A stretch of DNA of 64,000 nucleotides from Tubiluchus corallicola (Eukaryota > Animalia > Priapulida). Positions 11,108-20,911 of this stretch are shown here, piece after piece. A program made the translations under genes and the position numbers. The first letter of the stretch is position 1. The number at the start of each line of letters is the position of its first letter. Location of the stretch: NCBI GenBank assembly GCA_030141605.1, contig JAQGDQ010000756.1, positions 2,435 to 66,434 of the forward strand, written 5' to 3'. The notes below the pieces were generated by a model that was given only the letters and a program-made list of their open reading frames with translations, was not told where the DNA came from and did no database searches.

Positions 11108-11549
11108 ATGCAGCACAGCAGCTGAACAGTGCTTGGTTTCAGTTTATATCATGCTCAGTTGAGGGCCTGACGATTAAACATTTTATAACTTTTGCATACA
11201 TAAAATAAACGTATAAATCCTAGCTGAAGTACTAGGAAGCCATTTTAGAGAGATCTGTGAGAAAAGTGGCTTCAATGTGCCGTCACTTCGCTCACATGAT
11301 AATTACGGTTAAGAAGATTGCAACTCTGTGTTACCTCATTTAGTGGTTATGCCTTTAATAAGTCATGAATTTAAACCATGTTCTTTAGTCATATTAAGTT
11401 TAGACATAAATTTATATTTCACGCAGTTGCAGAGCGAGATAAGTAGTTTGCATATTAAACAGTGGTTCAAAGGTGGTTTTCGCATGGGCTGTTCTTGCTA
11501 TACAATCGAATGTAGTGTTTCTATTGTACAACATGCCAATGTATGTATT

Positions 11550-12285
11550 GGAACATGGTACCCATTGTTTGCCACAGACTTGAACACAGCATAGGATTTG
11601 TATTCGAACATCGTACCCATTGTTTGCCACAGACTTGAACACAGCATAGGATTTGTATTTGAACATGGTACCCATTGTTTGCCACAGACTTGAACAGAGC
11701 ATAGAATTTGTATTTGAACATGGTACCCATTGTTTGCCACAGACTTGAACAGAGCATAGAATTTGTATTCGAACATGGTACCCATTGTTTGCCACAGACT
11801 TGAACAGAGCATAGAATTTGTATTTGAACATGGTACCCATTGTTTGCCACAGACTTGAACAGAGCATAGAATTTGTATTTGAACATCGTACCCATTGTTT
11901 GCCACAGACTTGAACAGAGCATAGAATTTGTATTCGAACATGGTACCCATTGTTTGCCACAGACTTGAGCAAAGCATAGAATTTGAATTTGAACATGGTA
12001 CCCATTGTTTGCCACAGACTTGAACAGAGCATAGAATTTGTATTCGAACATGGTACCCATTGTTTGCCACAGACTTGAACAGAGCATAGAATTTGTATTC
12101 GAACATGGTACCCATTGTTTGCCACAGACTTGAACAGAGCATAGAATTTGTATTTGAACATGGTACCCATTGTTTGCCACAGACTTGAACAGAGCATAGA
12201 ATTTGTATTTGAACATGGTACCCATTGTTTGCCACAGACTTGAACAGAGCATAGAATTTGAATTTGAACATGGTACCCATTGTTT
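11550..12285. repeat. 55-bp minisatellite, ~13 copies
   Basis: Unit GAACATGGTACCCATTGTTTGCCACAGACTTGAACAGAGCATAGAATTTGTATTT; overlapping ORFs repeat every 55 aa. Confidence 0.95.
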
Positions 12286-13002
12286 ATGACTATGGTTATC
12301 TAGTCACATTTGTATCTTTATCGATATATTAATTATTAATGTGCTCATATGTTAAATGTGTTACTTAGAAAATTTATTATTTACCTTGAGACTAATGCAA
12401 TTTTGTTAAAACTTATTTTAAAGAAAAGGTGTACATGTTATAATCGTACCGTCCTAATGCTAATTATTATTATTGATTTCGCTATAATTATACGTGATCT
12501 GATTATGGTTATTCATGATATGTTAAGATGGGGCATTGATTGCTAGTGAAAAGATGGCAGATTCATAAGGAGCTTGTATGCCCCGAGCATCTTGTTTATC
12601 TGTTCATATTAGTATATGCAGATGCAATTTTGTTGTTTAGATAATGGTTGATTACCCAATTATTAGTATGCCAAGGTTCCCTTGGTCGTGGAAAAATCCT
12701 GGAAAATCATTGTAAATACACTGTCCTGGAAAGTCATAGAAAGGTCAGGAAAAAGATAATTTGTTAAAAAGCCACGAAAAATGGTGAAATTGGGGTGAAA
12801 AGTCGAGAGAATTGGAAAGATTTGCCAAAATAATCGCGGTAAACCGATATTTTTCCAAACATATTTTTCAGCGATTCGTGTTCAAATAAAATTTTGCTAT
12901 AACATTTTGATTTCTGCTCCAAAAATAAAGATTGGATTAAGAAAGTTTATTTAATGTGATTAGTGTAATTTCTTTAACACTACTGCAACTGTGCCGTCAC
13001 AT

Positions 13003-13622
13003 TGGTTGCTTGGCATCCTTCTGTCTGGGAAAATAATGGAGTGTGCGCCAAGAGAGTCAGTTATTGATCACATTGATGGAGCTGCAGCGTCGACTGTGGC
13101 TGAGCAGTGCGATCCTTGAACGTCTCCAAGGCGCACGCCTGGGCAAGGTGTATGGAGATCCTGAGTTGCCCAGACAACAGGAACCCCCTCTCTTCCTCCC
13201 TGGTGTAGTCGAAAGGAAAGCGGAGCGATACGTTTGGCACAAGGTTGACTGCAGGAGCTGCTGGAGTCAGTGAGCATGCTGCACTGGTCCGCCTTCGGGG
13301 CTCCACTCCTGATTTGTAAGCTTTACTCCTCTACACATGGCCGTTGGGTCACTTGACCTCCTCCGCCCTTTAACCGTTGGGCTCCTCCGCCTAGTGTCGA
13401 GATACAGTGTGGGCATCCCGCAAGCTACCTGGTATTCCTAGGCGGTCACATTTTTTTGTTTTAAACATTACAGAAATAAAGATCGTGGTTTATATGAAAA
13501 TTCAACTGAGACTTTTGAACTTGTCATAAATTCCTCTCAGAGACACTAACACAGGCTCTATGTTGCTTATCTTTGGTGATCAGACGAGAACCCGTGTTTT
13601 CAACGTGAATTGGCCGTATGTC
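13003..13622 (-). mobile_element. 5S-rRNA-derived SINE (SINE3-like) with bipartite RTE-derived body
   Basis: On the minus strand: 5S-like head (13622-13544 and 13449-13423), then an RTE 5'-region-like segment (~13330-13130), then an RTE ORF2 C-terminus (SRIALLSHSRRC) with 3' UTR ending ...GGATGCCAAGCAACCAA. Confidence 0.75.
13423..13622 (-). pseudogene. Degenerate 5S rRNA sequence interrupted by a ~94-bp insertion
   Basis: The reverse complement reads GACATACGGCCAATTCACGTTGAAAACACGGGTTCTCGTCTGATCACCAAAGATAAGCAAC...GTTAGT [insert] GTGACCGCCTAGGAATACCAGGT, closely matching invertebrate 5S rRNA. Confidence 0.85.
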
Positions 13623-14329
13623 GAAACATTATATATCAGTATACGTATCAATGTCCATACACAAAAATGTTTGAATACGTATACTGATAATGCAATTTCT
13701 GCTTATGTTGGTCACGGAAAATCAATATTTGGTCTGGGAAACGTCAGCGAAATTTATCTTGATATCCTGTGGGAACCCTGGTATGCTAATAATTGCGATT
13801 ATATGGTTAGATTGCCTGTGATTATATATCCAGTATTCTGTATAGGGTTCTAATAAAATGTGATAATATAATTATTAAGAAATTTATCCTGTATTTGAAA
13901 AACATGTTAAGTTTAAATTATATAGTTAATGCCTAATGTATGCATGCATGCACATGTTGCTATGATTGTTAAAGTATCTCTATATCTGTTGTATATAATT
14001 ATTATGATAAATAATAAATTATTCTAATTAGATCCAAAGATGAAGTTTTTTTTGATATATTTTTTAAAACGTGTGTCAGGGTTATATACAATGAATACAA
14101 GGTGGAACATTAAATGTTTAGCTACAGTTACTTAAGACAGAACAACAAACTAATTCCTGTTTCTGCTAGTTTGTATTTCACTGTTGTGTAATTGTTGTTA
14201 GTGATATTATACTTCCCTTCCTTCTGTCTCATTTCTGCTGTATGTCTCCACTTTTTCTAGATGCTTGTGTGACGTCATTTTTAGTGTAAAATCATCGTAA
14301 ACAAAAAATTCGAACAATACGAACCACAA

Positions 14330-14730
14330 AAATAACAATGACAACAATAGCAGTAGCAACAACAAACCAGCAATGTCAAGGCAACGGTAGCAACAACAGC
14401 AGCGACTGAAATGCCAGTAGCGATAACCATAATAGTCAACAACAAACGAATAACAATGGTAATCGCAACGTCAGCACCAACAGCAATAACAGCAGCAGCA
14501 GCAACAACAATGACGACAACAGGAACAGCAACAAACGAACAACAACAGTAATGGCAACGGCAACAAAATGACAAAATAATGTAAAAATAACAGCTTTGAT
14601 AATGATGAAGATGATTTGATGGTGGTGACAGTAATAATATCAAAAGAGCGAGCAAGAAATGAGACAGACAGCAACAACAGTAACAATTAACGAACAACAG
14701 ACAAACAAACAAACCAAAAACCAAATAAAA
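14330..14730. repeat. Degenerate AAC/AGC-rich simple sequence
   Basis: Low-complexity trinucleotide runs. Confidence 0.8.
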
Positions 14731-14998
14731 ACAAATGCAACAATATTTATAACTTTTAATTATTTATTTTTTTTTAATCTATCTGTATCTATTGGTGGCC
14801 ATTATATATTTTCAAGGCTTGATAAATATAGTTGTACTCAAAATGAAAATATAATTATTATGGAGCTAGCAATAATTAAATATGTACAAAAAAAATATAC
14901 CCAGTCTATAGGTTGCGATATTTGTAATAAAAAGTTTGGCAAGAGGAAATCTTTAACCATGAAAATTTGCTATTAGGAATGGTAGAAAGTTTGTCTGA

Positions 14999-16425
14999 AT
15001 TTGGTACAGAGAAAGTTTGGTATTAGGAAAGTTTGGTACAGAGAAAGTTTGGTACAAGGAAAGTTCGGTACGGAAAACTCGTACAAGGACAATTTGGTAC
15101 AGAGAAAGTTTGGTACAAGGACAGTTTGGTACAGAGAAAGTTCGGTACTAGGAAAGTTTCGCACAGAGAAAGTTTGGTACCAGGAAAATTCGGTACACAG
15201 AAAGTTTGGTACAAGAAAAGTTAGGTGCAGAAAAAGTTTGGTACAAGAAAAGTTTGGTACAGAGAAAGTTTGGCACAAGGAAAATTCGGTTCAGAAAAAG
15301 TTTGGTACAAGGAAAGTTTGGACAGAGAAAGTTTGGTACCAGGAAAATTCGGTACAGAGAAAGTTTGGTACTAGAAAATTGGTCAGAAAAGTTTGGTACA
15401 GAAAATTGGTACAGAGAAAGTTTGGTACAGGAATTTGGTACAGAGAAAGTTGGTACTAGGAAATTTGACAGAGAAAGTTTGGTACAGGAAAATTCGGTAC
15501 AAGAAAGTTGGTACAGAAAATTGGTCAGAAAAGTTTGGTACGAAATTTGGTACAGAGAAAGTTTGGCACAAGGAAAATTCGGTTCAGAAAAAGTTTGGTA
15601 CAAGGAAAGTTCGGTACAGAAAACTCGTAGAAGGACAGTTTGGTACAGGGAATGTTTGTACTAGGAAAGTTTGGCACAGAGAAAGTTTGGTACAAAGAGA
15701 ATTCGGTTCAGAAAAGTGTGGTACAGAGAAAGTTCGGTACAGAGAAAGTTTGGCACAAGAAAAGTTTAGTTTGCAGAAAGTTTGGCACAAGGAAAGTTTG
15801 CTAAAGAGAAAATTTGGTACAAGGAAAGTTCGGTACAAAGAAAATTTGATAAAAGGAAAGTTTGGTACAAAGAAAGTTCGGTACAGAAAAAAATTGGTAC
15901 AAGGAATGTTTGGTACAGAGACAATATGGTACAAGGAAAGTTTGGCACACAGAAAGTTCGGTACAAAGAAGTGTGGTACAGAGAAAGTTTGGCACAAGGA
16001 AAGTTTAGTTCACAGAAAGTTTGGCACAAGGAAAGTTCGGTACAGAGAAAGTTTGGTACTAGGAAACTTCGGTACAGAGAAAGTTTGGTACTTGGAAAGT
16101 TCGGTACAGAGAAAGTTTGGTACTAGGAAACTTCGGTACAGAGAAAGTTTGGTACAAAAAAATTTGGTACAAAGAAAGTTCGGTACAGAAAAAACTGGTA
16201 CAAAGAATGTTTGGTACAGAGACAATATGGTACAAGGAAAGTTTGGCACACAGAAAGTTCGGTACAAAAAAGTGTGGTATTAGGAAAGTTCGGTACAGAG
16301 AAAGTTTGGCACAAGGAAAGTTTAGTTCACAGATAATTTGGTACAAGGAAAATTCGGTACAAAGAAAATTTGGTACAAGGAAAATTCGGTACAAAGAAAA
16401 TTTGGTACAAGGAAAGTTCGGTACT
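14999..16425. repeat. Degenerate ~16-bp tandem array (TTTGGTACAGAGAAAG / TTCGGTACAAGGAAAG), ~90 units
   Basis: Direct inspection; the rarity of stop codons creates many spurious overlapping ORFs. Confidence 0.9.
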
Positions 16426-16926
16426 ATGAAAATATATTTATGCCTACTCGAAAAAGTTATAAATCTATCTATTGGTATCTATTGCTATCTATAAACAAAA
16501 TGAACCTAAAAGACTGTATCAAACGTCCATGTTTAGAATTAAATATACAGCAACAATTTATCCAAGACTCCATGCTTCCCTATTTACATCTGATAACAAT
16601 GCTCAGACAAACTGCTTCTTATTTACCAGGATAAGTTGTTTGTTTGTTTGTCATCAGTTTGCTGTGATTAAGGCACAACAGTCAGTCTTAATATCAAGAT
16701 AAACAGTATGCACAAATTTTACTATCACAGCTTGTGGAATTATTATTTGCTAGAACGTTCTGCTATCTGGTACAAGTTTACGTGCTTGAATATAAAATAA
16801 AGCATAAGGCCATTTTGTATGCTGTTTGTATGATATTTTTGATACACAATATAAATTAGCCACTTCGGTTTTTTTGCTACCTGACTAAAAGATTACAGTG
16901 AGAAGTGTTTTTGATTCATTGTTGAT

Positions 16927-19368
16927 ATGGAAAGAATCGAGGTACTTATTCACAGTGTGTCAGACGCCAATCAAAAATCGGAACTCGAGGCGTTACTAAC
17001 TGGTTACCAATTTGCTCATCTTGGTGCAGATAGAACACAATGGCTCAACAAGCTGCTACATACTGCAACGCGCTTTAGCATGCATGAGCTTGTTCATGAA
17101 CTTCTCGAAAGAGGAGCAGAAATAGAAAGTGCAGTAATCACTAAAAACTCTTCAGATCCAGATTATATAGAAGTAACCCCCCTTGAAGTTGCATGTTATT
17201 TGGGACATACTTTTCTTGCACAGCAACTCATTGAACGGGGTGCTGAAAAAAACTGTCTTTCTAGAAGGAATGGATGGTCGCCTTTAATATTAGCAGCTAA
17301 AAGGGGACATACAAAAATTTGTGAAATGCTGTTGATTCATGGAGCAGAAGTTGATGGCTTCCCAGAAACGTATAAAATACGACCTATACAGTATGCATCA
17401 TCGGCAGGCCATATTGAAGTAGTGAAGCTGTTAATTAAATATGGCGCCAAAATTGATGAAGATCCTTACATTTCAGTTGATGGTCCTCCGCCCCTCCATG
17501 CTGCAGCATATCAAGGGCAGTTTGAAACCCTTGTTTTGCTGCTTCTCAAAGGTGCAAATGTCTTCTACCTAGACATAAAAGGTGATACCGCTCTGCATGC
17601 GGCAGCAAGGCACGGAAATGTTCATTGTGCAGCACGTCTGATTTCTGCGGGCTCTGACATTCTGGCAGAAAATAATGATGGTTGGACCCCACTTTCCATA
17701 GCATGCATAAGACATAAACAGGGTGTTCTTGAACTGATATATAAAACTATGCTAGAGAGATATTCACCCAAAGTAGTGAAACAGATAGTAAATAAACTTT
17801 ACAATGGAGAAAGTTTAATTCATCTGGCTTGTCAAAATGCTCACTCGTCAGCTCAAAGTGTAGACGTTGTTAAATATCTCATTGATGTAGGAGTTCAGAC
17901 CAAAATGTTAAATGAGTCTCATGAAACGGCTTATAATATGTGCATCTGCCGAGCTTACGAAAAGGCACTGAACAGAAATTACAAACAAATTGCAGGAGTT
18001 TTTCTTTCTTATCGGTATTTTCAAATGTGGCATGTCACAGAAGATGATGAAGCTGTGACAGAGCTTTCTGTTGCAGGTGATGATGAAACTGTGTCAAAAA
18101 ACATTTGTGGATTGTCTCTAAAGGACTTGGTTTCCGAGCCTGGGTTAGGAACAATTTCAAATGTAAAAGAATTTGACTGTATTAGAACCAATATAATGGA
18201 ATTGTTAAATGCTGTTAGCAGAATTCTTTACGAAAATCATCGCATAAGATTTCTGCCCAAACTTGTTGGCAGTTCAGCATGTGGAGTAAAGATTGGCCAG
18301 CCAGATGAATTTGATTCTTTTGCTGTGGTACAACTGCATAGAGATTTCACAGCAGATTATTTCATCAAACATCATTCATTGTCTGATGGAAAATTAAAGG
18401 AGACGTTTTCCCAATACTTGTGCGAAGCCGTGGCAGCAGCTTTGCAAGAAGAAAAATTTAAAGAAAAGATTGTGCCAAACAGCTTTCCACATGTAGTGGA
18501 ATGGAATAAAGTTTGTACATGTTTGAAATTATGTGTTCTGTTGCCAAACAAAAAAATAGCAGTCTCTGTAGATGTGACACCGTGTTTTGAAAAAGTGGGG
18601 GTACCAAAGAATGCCAATGATAAATGGCCAAAGTTTGTCAACAGTTATCACTACGTGCTCAAACCAGTCGAATTAAAAACAAAAGTTGAACCCACATTTG
18701 CTGTCGCTGAATGTGAATTTATAAAGAACTTAGACAACACCCGTAAGATGGTGTTTATCCTCATAAAGGTGCTAGTAAAGCCTGTCCTGTATTCTTGCAA
18801 CAAAGAAATATATTTATATCCCAATCATCGTGCTACATTTCACAATGCTTTGGCCGCTGAAGATGTCAACTTGCCAGAATTATACGGAGCAATAAAGTAT
18901 CAACCAGATAAGGTCATTGACGCATACATGTTAAAAGTGGCCTTCTTGCACGAAGTGGTGACCACTAAAGATGACTGGGGCACAGAAAACTTGAAAGCTC
19001 GTGCTGTCTCTATATTCCAGTACATTGGGCACTGTTGCCGAGAAGGCACAATGTTTCACCCACTGCTAAATGATGTCAATATCTTAGAAGATCTAAAACA
19101 TAAAGAAATGAGTGGCATTCCATTGTTAACATTGGCAGAAGATGTAGCACATGCTATAGCCAACAAATTAGATATTGATGCCATACCATCAAACAAAGGT
19201 CTAATGGAACCAGATTTTGAAAAGTACCATGCTATGTTAAAAACGCATGCAGTAAATCAGGCGGAAAGAATATTGAACAAGGCGGAAATTGAGACTGTTG
19301 ATTCGTATTTAAGAAACGTTTGGAAAGATATAAAACAAAGTGATGAGAAACAGCAAAGTGCATCTTAG
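16927..19368 (+). CDS. Ankyrin-repeat / cGAS-like receptor (Mab-21/cGLR nucleotidyltransferase) fusion protein, 813 aa, single coding exon
   Basis: ATG preceded by an in-frame TGA (16912-14). About 8-9 ANK repeats at aa ~40-340 (TPLEVAC, WSPLILAAKRGH, PPLHAAAYQG, DTALHAAARHG, WTPLSIAC). NTase motif VGSSACGVKIGQPDEFD (G448/S449, E461, D463) and VSVDVTP (D549) align to human cGAS TGSYYEHVKISAPNEFD / ISVDITL. Mab-21 C-lobe motifs: FAVAECEFI, RKMVFILIK, AYMLKVAFLH, DDW, FHPLLNDVNIL. Confidence 0.95.
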   Translation: MERIEVLIHSVSDANQKSELEALLTGYQFAHLGADRTQWLNKLLHTATRFSMHELVHELLERGAEIESAVITKNSSDPDYIEVTPLEVACYLGHTFLAQQLIERGAEKNCLSRRNGWSPLILAAKRGHTKICEMLLIHGAEVDGFPETYKIRPIQYASSAGHIEVVKLLIKYGAKIDEDPYISVDGPPPLHAAAYQGQFETLVLLLLKGANVFYLDIKGDTALHAAARHGNVHCAARLISAGSDILAENNDGWTPLSIACIRHKQGVLELIYKTMLERYSPKVVKQIVNKLYNGESLIHLACQNAHSSAQSVDVVKYLIDVGVQTKMLNESHETAYNMCICRAYEKALNRNYKQIAGVFLSYRYFQMWHVTEDDEAVTELSVAGDDETVSKNICGLSLKDLVSEPGLGTISNVKEFDCIRTNIMELLNAVSRILYENHRIRFLPKLVGSSACGVKIGQPDEFDSFAVVQLHRDFTADYFIKHHSLSDGKLKETFSQYLCEAVAAALQEEKFKEKIVPNSFPHVVEWNKVCTCLKLCVLLPNKKIAVSVDVTPCFEKVGVPKNANDKWPKFVNSYHYVLKPVELKTKVEPTFAVAECEFIKNLDNTRKMVFILIKVLVKPVLYSCNKEIYLYPNHRATFHNALAAEDVNLPELYGAIKYQPDKVIDAYMLKVAFLHEVVTTKDDWGTENLKARAVSIFQYIGHCCREGTMFHPLLNDVNILEDLKHKEMSGIPLLTLAEDVAHAIANKLDIDAIPSNKGLMEPDFEKYHAMLKTHAVNQAERILNKAEIETVDSYLRNVWKDIKQSDEKQQSAS

Positions 19369-19684
19369 AAATGCATCAGTCATTTGGTTAAATCTAGTCA
19401 TCAGAAATCCAATGGTTTAATAAGTATTACACGAATTCCAAGCAAATATTTGTATTTGGGAACTCAATGTACAGTATCACTTGTACGAAATCGGCTTATG
19501 CAGAAAATTTCAACTGTCCGGGCATAACACTCTGATATACTTTGGCCTCAAGTATATTCTATTTTTAAGCAGAAATTCCTGTTGGAATTTGAGACGACCT
19601 TAATTTATCCTTGATTGATCGGTTGGTTTTTCCTGGAACTCTGTACAGCAGACAGTTCTCTTGGGCTACAGCAAGCAGGCGATC

Positions 19685-19690
19685 AATAAA
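19685..19690 (+). terminator. Candidate poly(A) signal of the ANK-cGLR gene
   Basis: AATAAA ~320 nt downstream of the TAG stop. Confidence 0.4.
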
Positions 19691-20541
19691 ATAGTGTGTG
19701 CGATCATGCAAGTGTACACCAGACTAAGCTACTCAACGGGCTAAGTTGCAATGTCGGAAAAGGGTGAGTTTTTCTTAATTTTATCCAATTAAATCTTAAA
19801 TGCTAGAGTAAATAGCATGATTGGATAATGGAGATTCTCCTGAATAGAACAGTACCTAGTTTGTAATCATTTAGTTATGTCTGTGCTCATACAGTAGCAG
19901 AAAGTCATGGGTCTTATAAAACCTACTTTCAGCGGTGCGGTGCTAAAAGGGTTAATTTAGGCTAAATTATAAGCAGTAACAATTCACTAACAGTAATCTG
20001 AACAACTGTTAATAAACTACAACTTTGCACAACTGAACTGGCCGATTCCGCGCTGTATTTAACTAGGAATTGTATAATGTATATAGGCGAATATAGGGAC
20101 GAGGTTTCACAGGGGGAGATAAGGAATTTGCTAAGTTACCCTACTTCGAGGTAACTTAGCTATAACTTTGCTAGTACATTGAGAAGTATTTACTTAACGA
20201 GCGTAAAAGGACTTTTGAGGTTTGGTGAACTAAAACTGATAGCAGGCACTTTCACAATTATTAAAAGTAAAAAAATCGTCGTACTAGAAGCACTAATTGC
20301 ACTCAGTGAAAAGAAATAGGCCTAATGCAATACGTGGCAATTATTAAATTTTGCAATTTTAAAACGCAGTTATTTGCCATGAAATTCATCAGTTTTTGCC
20401 CTGAAAATGTAGAATACATTTGGGAGGGCAACTGGTCCCCGCCTTGTATGCCTATGAGTGTAATAATGAATTGAATCAGTGCTGTTACATTCTTAATAAT
20501 GTGATTGTAAAATTTAATATCTACTTTTAAAAGTTTCTGAC

Positions 20542-20911
20542 TGTTGTGGAGATCGCTGGCATCTATTAGAATTACGTAGAACATTGTAGAATGTTCCATT
20601 AGAATAATCGTCTTAACCTTGTAGAATGTTCTAGATAGAAACGTCTAGAATGTTCCCTGGCACCCTATATAAGGCGAAGCAGGCCGCTGACAGACACACA
20701 CAGATTCGCAGGGACGTCACTTACACATTCTCTTGTATACTTACATTTTCAGATACACTTAAACGTTTTCCAGATTTTCACGTTTAGTGTAATCATTTCG
20801 CGTTCCTTCATACTTTTGTGTTGTAGAATTCTCGCTTAATAGACTAGTTTAATTTGATGCAGTGTTTTCTGGTTTTCTCTACGAGCCTTCCGAGAGAAAC
20901 AAAACACAACA
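20542..20911 (+). mobile_element. Solo LTR (370 bp) of an LTR retrotransposon
   Basis: TGTTGTG...CACAACA termini, internal TATATAA, 5-bp TSD CTGAC on both sides; second copy at 60480-60846. Confidence 0.9.

Larger units (their letters stand above)
12672..13780. mobile_element. Non-autonomous DNA transposon (CAGGGTTCCC-type TIR) hosting a nested SINE
   Basis: Ends CAAGGTTCCC / GGGAACCCTG, subterminal 'gtc.tggaaa' repeats at both ends, and GTATGC flanking both sides. Confidence 0.65.

Noticed and set aside
11412-12280. Three ~250-aa Cys-rich ORFs
   Set aside because: All three minus frames are open because the 55-bp unit lacks stops; repeat artefact.
13423-13622. Functional 5S rRNA gene
   Set aside because: Interrupted by ~94 bp in the internal promoter region, carries several substitutions, has no terminator, and is fused to an RTE-derived body.
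14973-16494. Many overlapping ORFs (KFGTRKVWYRESLVQ...) as a possible 5' extension of the cGLR or a repeat protein
   Set aside because: Produced by a 16-bp degenerate array on both strands; an in-frame stop lies just upstream of the cGLR ATG.
18372-18641. 89-aa antisense ORF within the cGLR
   Set aside because: Shadow ORF of the sense gene with no recognisable features.
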